This document shows positions 40,101 through 52,312 of a DNA stretch of 64,000 nucleotides, in pieces. The notes beneath the pieces were generated by a model, which ran no database searches, was not told the origin of the DNA, and saw only the letters and a program-made list of their open reading frames with translations. Made by a program: the position numbers and the translations under genes. The DNA is taken from the NCBI RefSeq assembly GCF_001194135.2, contig NC_068990.1, forward strand, positions 3,058,634 through 3,122,633. The letters are read 5' to 3'. The DNA comes from Octopus bimaculoides. Taxonomy: Eukaryota. Each line of letters begins with the position of its first letter. Positions within the stretch are counted from its first letter, which is position 1.

Positions 40101-41658
40101 GTAACAGAAGTAACAGAACCACGGTATAAAATGGAGTATTTAAGCAAGACTAAAGATTATAATGAAAATATATATAGGACTATAATCTTTAACCCGCTGA
40201 AACAACTAAAATTCTAGACTGGAAGAAACGTGGGCACATGTTCATGACCTGAAGACGACTACTGAGTTCATGGAATGGCGGCATAATCCGTTCCCAGGTC
40301 TGAAGAAGTTCAGTAGCCAGTGATCAGCACAGAAACACACAGCGATAGAATTTTTGAAATGTTAACAAGGGCGTTGTTACGTTTGTATAGCTACTTATCC
40401 AACCATATACATTATACAATGTGATAATACCATAAGCCAATAATATATCTTGAAACAGTGTCACTTCTTCATAGTATAACCTCCCAATTAAAGAGTAATT
40501 TCATATATCTCAGGAAGCTACATGAAAAAATTAAATTCTGAGCTCAAAGCCAGTTAATACATACAGTTTAAGGAAAATAACATGTACTTCAAATCTTTAT
40601 TCATTAATTTTCATTTCTAAATTTTATCCTTCAGAAACAATATTACTATCAATGGTAAATAGCATTTAGATAAACATAAAATCTATGCATGTGCGCACAT
40701 GTGGATGTATGTGTTTTCGGTGCTGTATATAGTATATATACGGGTATTTATATAGCTCATTCTGGAGGCGCATATTTCACTTATTGATTTCTTATAATTT
40801 TACTATGAGAAGTGGGAAATATATATTTCTTTAGCTATCATGAAACCAGTCGTATTTTTACGTATATACTTTGTCGTTCTTATGTGTCTCATCTTTATAG
40901 TCTACTCCAAAGCATAAATTCGACGATTTAATTACTTCTTCAATTTTAGATTTTAATTTCTATTTCACAATTAGCGCCTTAAATTTCAATTTCTCACATT
41001 AATGTCTTCTACTCTCAATAATTTATCAAATTAAATCAGTCTCATGTTTGAATACTAACAGCAAATCATCTCGATTTAGATCCTTATTAACATGATAGAG
41101 CTTACTAGTATCTTGTGAATTAATGTATAATAAATTAGATTACTCCAATTAATAAGAGAAATGTGAATATGAGCAAACATACATCAGACATATACACGAA
41201 TAAACAAAGCGAACACAACTAAATGATGCTATTCTCTAAAGAAAATAAACTGATGTACAACACACAGAAAGAGAATAGTTAATAGCATGTACACACAAAT
41301 GCCAAGAATAACATACAGCTTCGATCTTACAAATTAATTCTTACATGATATTTAAAAGGTAATAATCACACCAGAATAACGTTAATATATACGTTATGAC
41401 AACAGATAATTAATCCACACATCAGGTGGCGGAATCACAATTTAGTTCTATACATCCTCATTGTGAATAAATATAATTTCTCATTGTTATTTCACAAATG
41501 ATTTAAATAGTGATCACAAACATATAGCACCAAAGACAAATATATAGAGACGATTCACAATTAAATATTATTTCTAGAATAATTACAAAGAAAACGATAT
41601 GTGTATATATATATATACGACGTATTCAACTAATTTTATGCTATCATTTATGCAATTA

Positions 41659-41757
41659 AGGCGGCGTGATGGCACAATTTGTAGCACCGCGGGCTAAAAT
41701 ACTTAGCACCATTTCGCCCATCTTTAAGCTGTAAGTTCAAATTCCACCGAGGTCTGT
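41659..41757 (+). mobile_element. SINE family B 5' head
   Basis: AAGGCGGCGTGATGGCACAA...GTTCAAATTCCACCGAGGTC. Confidence 0.75.
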
Positions 41758-41992
41758 ATCACGATTATTCGCGCCAAATAACAAAATACCGACATTATTA
41801 CTGCTGCTCAATGTTCTATAAAAATAGTATGAACACTATAAAAGCTGATTACGAAGCTGCAGTCAGCAGGAAGGTAGACAGCAGGAGATGAGAATGCGTT
41901 GTTCGATGATACTTCTGATTTTTTAAGATTCATTTACTTTTATGTGGGATATTGTGTTTCCTTTTACTCAAACTGTCAAATTATATATACGC

Positions 41993-42091
41993 ATGTGTGT
42001 GTGTGTAAGTGTGTGTGTGTGAGTGTGTGTGCGTGTATGTCTGTGTGAGTGTGTGTGTGTGTGTGTGTCTGTGTCTGTGTCTGTGTGTCTG

Positions 42092-42177
<86 letters not shown>

Positions 42178-42178
42178 C
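41993..42178. repeat. (GT)n microsatellite
   Basis: Direct inspection. Confidence 0.95.
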
Positions 42179-42599
42179 GTATGTTTTGTTTACATCTTCC
42201 TAGACTACCATAAGAGGATTGCTGCAGAAGGACTTCTGATAAAATCTTTTCGTTTTTACTAAAGCAGTGACTAATAAAACTTAGCCTCTACTTTCATATT
42301 GCCTCTGTGATATTTGTGATGTCTTTGACATTTTATAGCCCCTCGTTCATCAAGTGATGACGCCAAAGGTATTTCGTACACCACTGTGCATTGTAAAGTA
42401 AATGCTATTTACCCTTTTCGTCATGGATGCTGCGAATGACCTTGGTATCCAAACATAAACTAAATATTAATTCAGTTGCCGTTCGAAAGAACTGTATTTC
42501 CCGGATGATCAGATTTTCCTATCAAAATAGTCATGCATTTCGCATTCCTTATTTATCTTGATTTCCATATCTGACTACTTGACTAGTATGTTGAATACA

Positions 42600-43145
42600 G
42601 TCGAGATGCCAAAACTCTCGTTGTGCAAGGAATTTTGCGATTAACTGAGAAAAAACTTTACAGATATTTCTGAAATGCTCCGAAATACTTATGGATTAAC
42701 TTTTCTGAAACGAGCATCTGTTTCTAGCTGATATAAGAGGTTCATGTGTGATAGAGAAAAGGTGAGAGATGATGGGAAGTGTGAAGGGAGAGGGATATCA
42801 GACATAGTTTAGAAAATATGCAGTTTTCTGGATGAAAACCATCGTGCATCTGTAAAGAAAATAAGTATGTAGTTTCGTGTTAGTGTAAAAAGAATTGTTC
42901 ATGAAGATCTGAACATGTGCAAAACTTCTGCAAAGTTTTTTCACAGGGTGCTCAATGACCAAGAGTAAGCTCAATAGAAGAATCCTGAATCCTGGCTTTT
43001 CCACACCCAAAAGAGCCAGGCAAAGCAAGTGCACCGAAAAGTTCATGATGATCGATTTTTTCGACAGTGAGGCCATCCTCTACATCCATTATACTCCCTC
43101 TGATCAGAGAGTCAGCAACGAATAACCCTCGAACGTTCTGGAATG
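42600..43145 (+). mobile_element. Mariner transposase remnant (internally deleted)
   Basis: EMLRNTYG..LKRASV..YKRF...DENHRASVKKIS...VHEDLNMCK.SAKFFHRVLNDQE...FPHPKRARQSK..KFMMIDFFDSEAILYIH matches the mariner HTH and the PKKARxSKS.KVMxxxFFD motif. Confidence 0.8.
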
Positions 43146-43664
43146 CCCATTGTATATATTGCGTTTCAGCAGTGTTGATATATAATCCGATTTAACTGAT
43201 ATTCGATTTAATTCTCCAAACTATCTAGTAGGATATTAACATCTTTCATATGTTTATGTATCATTCACAAATTGCCGAATTAATCACCATACTTACTTTC
43301 TTGACAAGACATCTATTACCTTCTTTCTGGTATAAAAAAAAACTCAAACCTGACTGATTTTTGCTTTAGTTCGGAGCTTTAAATAGTCGAGACATAAAAA
43401 TGTGAGGATCATGATTAATCTATAATATAAATTGAACATGGGTGGGTGACCGTTGTATTCTTTCGTATCTCGAAGTGCAAGACCAAACGGCTGGGTGGAT
43501 TCGCGTGAAAAATGGCACACATTATGGAAACGGGTGCATAGATGGGAACGCACTTTGTATTTTTTCCTAGCACCCATAGTTACCGAGAAAATCGATTAAA
43601 ACAACCTGCGTGCGTGCGTATATGTGAGTGTGTGTCACTGAAGCCATTCATACATACATACATA

Positions 43665-44290
43665 ATTACTCTCTCTGGAATGTTCTGAGAAGGGTGAGGA
43701 ATTACTTCCTGGAAAATTCCAAGGAAAATTAGAAGGGGAAAGAATTACTTCCTGGAAAGTTCCGAGGAGGGGAGGAATCATTTCCTGGTAAGTTCCGAGG
43801 AGAGGGAGGAACCACTTCCTAGAAAGTTCTGAGGAGGGAGTATTACTTACTGGAAAGTTCCGAGGGGAATTACCTCCTGAAAATCCCGACGAGGGAGAGT
43901 TACATCCCGGAATGTTCCGATGCGGGGGAATTCCTTCCTGCGAATTTCAAAGGAAGAGGAGTAGGTGAGGAATGACTTCCTGGAAAGTTCCAAGGAAGTG
44001 AAGAAAGAAGAGGAATTGCTTCCTGGAAAGTTCCGAGGAATTAAATCTCGGAAATTCCGAGGAGGGGAATCACTTCCTAGAAAGTTCCGAGTATAGGGAG
44101 GAGTGGGAGGTGTTACTTCCTGGAATGTTCCGAGGAGGGGGAATTACTTCCTGGAAAGTTCCGATGAGATGTAATTACTTCCTGGAATGTTCCAAGGAAG
44201 GGGAACGTTCTGAGGAAGGGGAGGAATTACTTCCTGGAAAGTTCCATTTTATATATACCTACATTTCATATATCTTTCAAATTCTGCTTT
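43665..44290 (+). repeat. Minisatellite-containing dispersed repeat, unit ~AATTACTTCCTGGAAAGTTCCGAGGAGGG (~18 units)
   Basis: Repeated core with variable purine spacers. Ends in CATTTCATATATCTTTCAAATTCTGCT, shared with the copy at 51400-51605. Confidence 0.9.
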
Positions 44291-44294
44291 CAAG

Positions 44295-44329
<35 letters not shown>

Positions 44330-47300
44330 CTGAATGCTCGTGAAATTGTAGATATATTATATACTGTCTCTTATTTCTGTCAGCAATATTTATTCCTACT
44401 TTTCATCCAGCCGACAGCTATCATCTCAAAGTACTTCGTCGTTCTCAAGCTTCTTACATTCTCGAGTCATTTACTTGCGGAACCGTTGTATGAATATTAC
44501 TTGACTTGCTGCACTGCTGCATAGAATAAAATTGCTACTCGTCACATATTTTACTTCCCAATCATAATCGTGAAAATGCCTTTGCAACCATTCCTGAATA
44601 CCTTCTTTTATAATACTTTAACCGATAGTTTTAGTTTAGCTCAACATTTCTTTTCTGCTTTACTATTTCAGTTTCTTTTGTTCTTTTCCTCCTGCTCTTT
44701 TCCTCCTGCTACACTCAGTGAGATTTGCTTTCTAGTTGCCTTTCTTTCCTCTACTCGTTCTCTCTTTTTCTCCTCCCCACCTTTCTATTTCACCCTCTTT
44801 CTTTCTGGTCTATTGCATCCCTCAGTCTTATTTTTATTCCACTATAATTATACCATATGTTACATATTTATTATATCATACCTTGTTACTGTATAGACTA
44901 AGATCCCCGTTGACAGGCCGCTCGTATTTATAGAGTGTTAAACACCTACGGTATGTAAATTAGTGACTCCTTCACAGAGTAACAGCTGCGTTTGTTTAAT
45001 ATATAAACAGTTTGGCTAACTATTTTTCCGGAGCCTGTTAGAATGATGTGGATGCCTCTGATAAGAACCCAATAAGGATCGAAAATCGATTAAGGTTGTT
45101 CATCATCTTTTCAGACTTCGGAGAATTGGCTAAAATTTTGCCTGTTTATAATTATACCTTATGTTACAATGTATTTTTCGTCTTTTCTTTTACGTCATAA
45201 CACCATTTGTAACTTTGTTTCCACGATACATACGCTTCTCGCATATTCTCCACCCTGTCGTTTGTATTGCTATCGCTGCTATTATACTACATACCAACGT
45301 ACACTGTGATTTATTCTGCTTACATTTTGCTAAGCTACCTGCGCAAAAAAATTCACACCTAAACAGCAACAAATACGGTCGATTGTGCCTACTTGTCTTT
45401 CTAAAATATTTTAATGCAAATATTTGAGGAACAAATCGTAATCTTTGATGCTAGCGCGTTCAACTCAATATAAACATCATTACTGAATTTTGTTTGAATA
45501 ATCCGATTGCAAAGTCAAACATAGAGATCCTGAATATGGAAAGAGATCGCGAATGTTTAATTCACGCGCGTGATAGTTGTCAATAATCTAAAATAATGTT
45601 TCAGGAGATGTATTATTTGTGACGGGGAAATATGTTTGAGTTGTTCAAAAGTAAAATATCTCATTTCTGGTATTATTATAGTTATTATGCAACTTTTATG
45701 TTCCTTGTTCCAGTTTCATGGGCATATGCATCGAAAATAATCCAGAATTTCAACAGCGCTGCCATTTATTTTGAACATAACTTTCTCTAGAAGATGTACT
45801 GGTTAGTAAAGATAAGAGTATATACATATATATCTTTTTGTCTTTCAATGACTTATAGAAATCTCCCTATCACTATAAAAATCGTTCAAATGCAGCTTAA
45901 AAGATTACCCATGCAATATAAGTTTTATATATAGGCGAATCCTTCACTGCAGTATGGGTGCTTATGTACATCAATTTAGTACCCATCAATATTTATCCAG
46001 GTACGACAAAAATTTAATAATTTTTCTTTCAGAATAGGATTAACCATTCGCGCAAGTATATATTTTCTCCAAATGTGTTATTTCGTTTTAAAATATTATT
46101 TTCAATTATTTATTCCATCAAAAGCATTTTACTGATAGTGTTCGATTTTACAACTTTTCCTGCCGTACTCTGGTGTATTTAAGTGCTAACGTGCTACGAG
46201 TTTCATTCAAGGGAATTTTATTGTGACACTTCTTATATTCTTTCCACCACCAATTGCATCTCGTATGTTATTCATTTTTGAATCGAGTTACTCCATTAGT
46301 ATACATAAAGCGCACACAAGATTACATTTCACACGAATACAGCAGATCGTTTGATTTATGTAAATCCACGCAAATTTAGGTTTGATTGTTTTCTATTTGC
46401 GAACCCAACAAATTATATTTGATACATCATGAGCTTTAAGGTAAATGTATGGAAGGTATAAACCTCCCATTTAATGATATAAAATGCTCATTTTATTTTC
46501 TGTCGTCATCGAAGTGATTTTTCTTCCAATTTTACTGAGGTAATTCCGATATCAAAATCTACGTGCAATTATAACGGGTACCAAATTAGGTTTTTGCATA
46601 TATTTAATAATATTTCAAAATCAAAAATGTGCCTGCGTGTTGTTTGAAACAAATATATCGTATATCTTATGGTTATGGTCATAAAAAATGAATTATTATT
46701 AAGCAAGTCCGTTCTTTTTTTCTTTTTTCGAAAATTATTCTTTATATATTAAATGTAAGATGGCGTTTGATAACGCTATTTTTTCTTACTATTGTATCTA
46801 ACTGATGTTATCGTTTATAGTCAATATATTGAAATGTATTCGTTGAAAGATTCAAGGTTATAAATGAATTTACTTTTCAGTTTTATGAGAAATACCCAAA
46901 CAGAAAAAATAAGGCAATTTATTCACGAGAAAGATAAGAAAATACAGCACAGTAAGTGTTTGATTTAATATGATAGGAAAGATTTACTTTTCCATCATAA
47001 ATTGCATTTCATATTTAAAATGTTGATTTACCTTTCACAATAAGCCATCACTTATTAAATTGAAAATTATGCAATGCACACACAAATATGTGTGTAAATA
47101 TATAACTATATAAGTGTATGTGTGACTGTGTATTTACATGCACACACACACACATATAATATTATATTATTTTATATTGTATCGTATTATATTATATTAA
47201 TGTGCATGTATATATGTTTGCATGCATGTATATATATTCACTGGTAAAGACTAGTGTTAAGAAGCGGAGAAAGAACTAAGCATATAAAAGTATATATTAT

Positions 47301-49664
47301 CAGATGTCAAAGAGTTTCTTCCTAATTCTCATTGTTGGAAAAGTTTCTGGAAGAGAAGCAGGATTACATTGACTAGACGAATATATTTATAAGTACATTG
47401 AAATATATGATCGATTAACATCATATAGTAATTTCATAGGTTGCCAAATAACTCTTTGAAAAGTCCATCATGATATTACGCATGTACTAAGTGCAGCTCT
47501 ATGTCATATATTCATGTATTCACTGCCATATGAACGGTGTAACAAATGTTGTTAATGAAGTATTAATGTTGATGAGTATATGGCAAGTAGCTAGATATGG
47601 CATTCCCGTTGAGCAGGATTTAAGTTTTGCCGAGCATTAACTTGTTTCAAATTTGTCAGTTTGTGGTAACAAAATTGTTTATCTTTGAAATGAATCATTT
47701 TGACTATGAAATAGAAATGTCTTAAGTAAAAAAACAAAACAGTTCATATTTTTTGCAGAATAAGTTACAGAAAGTTACAAAACAATTTCAAACAAATTTA
47801 GACTACGTAAGACAAATTTCAAATGCTTGCATGAAAACGATAGCGTCATAGATAATAGTATCATACATACCTATAAGAAGAAGAATACAACAATAATTCC
47901 TTTTAGAAGCAACGGAAATTGTATATCATGAGTTACATGTTACATTTATAAAGCATAATTTTCATGACTACCTGAAGCGCAGGTCTATTTATCTGGCGAC
48001 AAAAGAATTAGATTTAATCAGAAAAGAATATTTTAAATTCCATGTATTTTAACATTAAACTCATGAACTGTGTACTATTTGTAGAAGAAAAATATCTGGG
48101 CCTCTGCAAATTGTTACATTTCACTATAGAGTTGTAATTATCAACAAGCAATTTCTTTCTTCAAGAATCATTAATGTTTAATTGGATTTTTATTCCGATT
48201 AACACGTCAGAGACATATATTTTGCTCAGGTGAGGTAACGTGTTTTACGTTATAATTTTGAAATGTGGACACATGTTAAATAATATAGATTCGGAATTTG
48301 TCAACGACAGACCTGAAGTATTTGAAAGGAGTGATTTGCATATCGTAAAACGTAATCAGAAATATTTCTACTCCACAGTATTTACCATGAAGGTATATCC
48401 TTTAATTTCAGATGTATGGCTGACCATACTATGCTCTGGTTTGAAAGATATCGAAAGAGATTCATTCAGAGCTTACAGCCTATACTAATTTAACAATAGT
48501 CATTTATTACTAATGTTAGATTTATACACACGTATATTTTGCCAATACGATTAACATACACATCATAACATACCGATATAGATTTCACCCATTGCCGATC
48601 ATTGCTACAAGAATAAAGTTTTAATATCATTAAACACATTTACAGTATATATACTGAACGGTAATTTATATTGTGTTTTTTAGATATCTGATATTATTTA
48701 AATTCAAATATAGAATAGTTCTTTATATGAATCTAGATATTTCAAATACAAAATAGCAAATAATATGAACAAGAATGCAATATGGCACAATACTTTCTAT
48801 ACGTCAAATTTTCGCTCTAACACAAAAACGCCCTTTCTAGTATAGTGAGTGTAAAGCAATTTTTAAATATCGAAAGCAAATCACTGCCTTTATATGGTTT
48901 TAAAATCTCTAATATATTGGCCTGCTTGATGGGTAAAGCAACAATTTTTTTTTGTGCCAAGCATTCTCTAGTAGACAGAGTGTATTGGCTTGGTGAAAAG
49001 AAGACATAATCACAATTTAACTCTTGTCTTAAATAAGATAACTTTTATATGATATCAAGTACATGAATACGAAACACGTTTTCTGACAGATTTTTGACAA
49101 AGAGTCATATCCCAATAGATTGCTAATTGCTTATGTCGCAGTGTGCATTTGTATATATATAACTATCTGTGTATCCCCACAATGCTATGCTTCATTAATC
49201 GTTTGAATACTTGCAAACTGAAAAGAGGTATATTTTAAGAAGTAGCGTCAGATATATATGTGGGGGTTGGGTCTGTGTCTGTGTGTTTCTGTGTGTGCTT
49301 GTGTGTATGTATGTGTGAGTGTCTCTATATGTGCTTGTGTGTGTATGTATACACACACACAAGCACATATATATATAATTTATATATAATTTTCAGTGTT
49401 CGAAAAGCATATAGAAATATTAGTCTACTGTAGACATTCACAAAGATATTGATAGATACATAATCAAATAGGAAGTCAAGCATAGATATTGTGAGACAGA
49501 CAGAAAAAACATATAGACAGACAGAGGCATACGTTCATGATACATACATTCATAGATGCATGCATAGATACATACATACATACATATATACTCATATACA
49601 TGCGTATATACATGCATACATAGTTAGCTGACTAGCAAAATAGTCAGAGTCAGACAAACGGACA

Positions 49665-49674
49665 GACAGACAGT

Positions 49675-49744
<70 letters not shown>
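49665..49744. repeat. (GATA)n microsatellite
   Basis: Direct inspection. Confidence 0.95.
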
Positions 49745-50489
49745 TTTCTCGATGCTAGTTGAACATATTAAAACACTGATTCTTTTAGAAATTTACAACA
49801 CTAGATTGATCAATATGCTTTACATGATTTTAAATATACTTATTGCTAGAGAATTACATAAGTACATCTTTGAAACCCTATGTATTCTATTGTGTGCCTG
49901 CAGCCGTATTTTTAATTCCTCATATTCTACAATTACAAAATAATCTGAAATTATTAAAGAAAGAACCAAATGAAACCTTTAGGTACTATAAGCGAGAGAG
50001 CAATCTAAATTTCTATCGGCATTGATAAAGAAATACTATCGGCAACATAGGTTTAACAAAAGGATGACGATAGGTTAATCTGAAAAATCAGTAAGACCGA
50101 GCTGTTGTAATGGGTATCTGTATTTAAAACATTGCAAACGAATCGGAAATTGCCTCCCATCAGATATTACATGAAAACTTATAATCGGAAATTAGTTTTA
50201 AATAAAAGTTTTATATAAGTTTATATTTAAGTCAAATCTGTCAAGGTAATTACACTAGTGACATATTCTCTGCAATAGACTGTAGAGGGATAGTTCTATG
50301 TGCATCTATGTCCGCGGATATATATATATGAATATATACACACGCACGCACACACACACACGCACGCACGCACACACACACACATATACATACATATATA
50401 NNNNNNNNNNNNNNNNNNNNNNNNNNNNNNNNATATACAAGTATTATTTTGCTTCTTCTTCTTCCACTTCTACTGCTTATATATCTTCT

Positions 50490-50561
50490 AATCATCATCA
50501 TTATTATTATTATTATCATTATTATTATTACTTTTATTATTATTATTATTATTATTATTAC

Positions 50562-50598
<37 letters not shown>

Positions 50599-50706
50599 GT
50601 TGTTGGTGTTGTTGTTGCTGTTGTTGCTGTTGTTGTTGTTGTTATCACTATAATCATCCTCATCATTATCCTTATCATCATCATCATCATTATCATCTTC
50701 ATCATC
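50490..50706. repeat. (TAT)n-(TGT)n-(CAT)n compound microsatellite
   Basis: Direct inspection. Confidence 0.95.
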
Positions 50707-51292
50707 AAAAGGAAATGAGTTTAAGAGAAACATTTTATTTCGCCTGAAGACACGACAAGGGCTATATCAGGATGGTGGGTTAGGGTGTTTTGCTCATTGA
50801 TGTTAATAAAACATATTATTCACTATCAGATCAAGTACATTTACTTTTCTTCACTATATATATTGTAAGTGTCTGTGCGTGTCTGTGCGTCTCTACGTGT
50901 GTGTGTCTTTAGGTGTGGTTGTGTGCGTGTTTATGATCATAACAAGCATATCATTGTCTATATATTTTACATCACCACCATCATCAAGCAGACGAAAACA
51001 TAAATGGTCGCAGATGAAGCCAAGCTCCCAAAATTTATCAATGGATAAGGAAAGCTTATCAAAAACCTATTCTGTAAAAACCTATTCTGACATTAGATGA
51101 GTCAACTTCCCGTACGAACGTTTAAGTTTTATGTCTTTTATCAAAAATTTTTTTTTTTTTTTCAAATTCTTGAAACGATCCACTCATGTAATTTACGCAC
51201 GCCTAAAGTTTATTTTTATTTTCTGCGAAGCAAATACGAAAATTACATGGGGTTTACGGTAAGACAGAGCCAGTTTTGGCTTTATGTTATAC

Positions 51293-51332
<40 letters not shown>

Positions 51333-51399
51333 AGAGAGAGAAAAAGGAGGGAGAGAAAGAGAAAGGGAGAGAAAGAGAGAAAGGGAGAAGAAAGATGAA

Positions 51400-51605
51400 T
51401 GAGGCTTCCTGGAAAGTTCCGAGGATGGGGCTTCCTGAAAAGTTCCGGGGACGAACTACTTCTAGGAAAATTTCATAGATGGGACTTCCTGGAAAAAGCC
51501 GAGGATAAGCTACTTCCTGGAAAGCTCCGAGGACGAGTTACACATGCACACACACACTCAGACACATATGCACGTCCATTTCATATATCTTTCAATTTCT
51601 GCTCT
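51400..51605 (+). repeat. Second copy of the TTCCTGGAAAGTTCC minisatellite element (5 units)
   Basis: Same core and same downstream tail as 43665-44290. Confidence 0.85.
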
Positions 51606-51699
51606 CTGCAAATAACGTTTTTACGGATACAGCTGCTTACAAAAATTGGGATTAATGTATAATTTCTTTCTATATTCATAATTAAATAAATGTTTTAAT

Positions 51700-51942
51700 G
51701 ATTATACAGAGGTCCTATAGAATAGCTCTCAGAAACAGACTACGTACAAATTCTTCCTTCACAACTCCTGAAGCCATTTTCTGACAGGGGGTAATGAAAT
51801 CTTCATACAGCTAGAGGCTCCAATCGAAACAGGGAAGCCGAAATGATAAGGTTCAGAAAGGCAGTTATAGATTATGCCTAACCAAAAACGATCACAGCCA
51901 CATCCTCCAAACAGGCCAGGTGAAACCGGGTTTAGCAGCTAG
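51700..51942 (+). mobile_element. Probable non-autonomous Helitron 3' end
   Basis: Imperfect GC-rich hairpin CCAGGTGAAACCGGG, then 8 nt, then CTAG followed by T, the canonical Helitron 3' signature. The 5' boundary is uncertain. Confidence 0.5.
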
Positions 51943-52007
51943 TATATACATACATACACACACACACACACATACACACACACAGACACACACACACACA
52001 CACACAT

Positions 52008-52046
<39 letters not shown>

Positions 52047-52259
52047 AATATATATGTATGTATGTATATATATNNNNNNNNNNTATATATATATATATAT
52101 ATAAATATATATGTATGTATGTATATATATACACATATATATATATATACACACATATATATATATATATATACATATATATGTATATATGTGCATATAT
52201 ATATATATGTATGTATATATACACACGCATATGCATACATACACATACACATACATATA

Positions 52260-52311
<52 letters not shown>

Positions 52312-52312
52312 C
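51943..52312. repeat. (CA)n/(TA)n compound microsatellite with a small gap
   Basis: Direct inspection. Confidence 0.95.

Noticed and set aside
40240-40345. Two CTGAAGA motifs with short inverted repeats and a downstream GAAAC
   Set aside because: I could not assemble stems I-III in hammerhead order.
43665-44250. Repeat with variable spacers as a CRISPR array
   Set aside because: Eukaryotic context; spacers are short purine runs of irregular length and there are no cas genes.
50725-50780. Minus-strand CTGATATAGCC...GGCGAAA near-hammerhead
   Set aside because: The core has a substitution plus an extra base, and no stem III, cleavage triplet or stem I partner is present.
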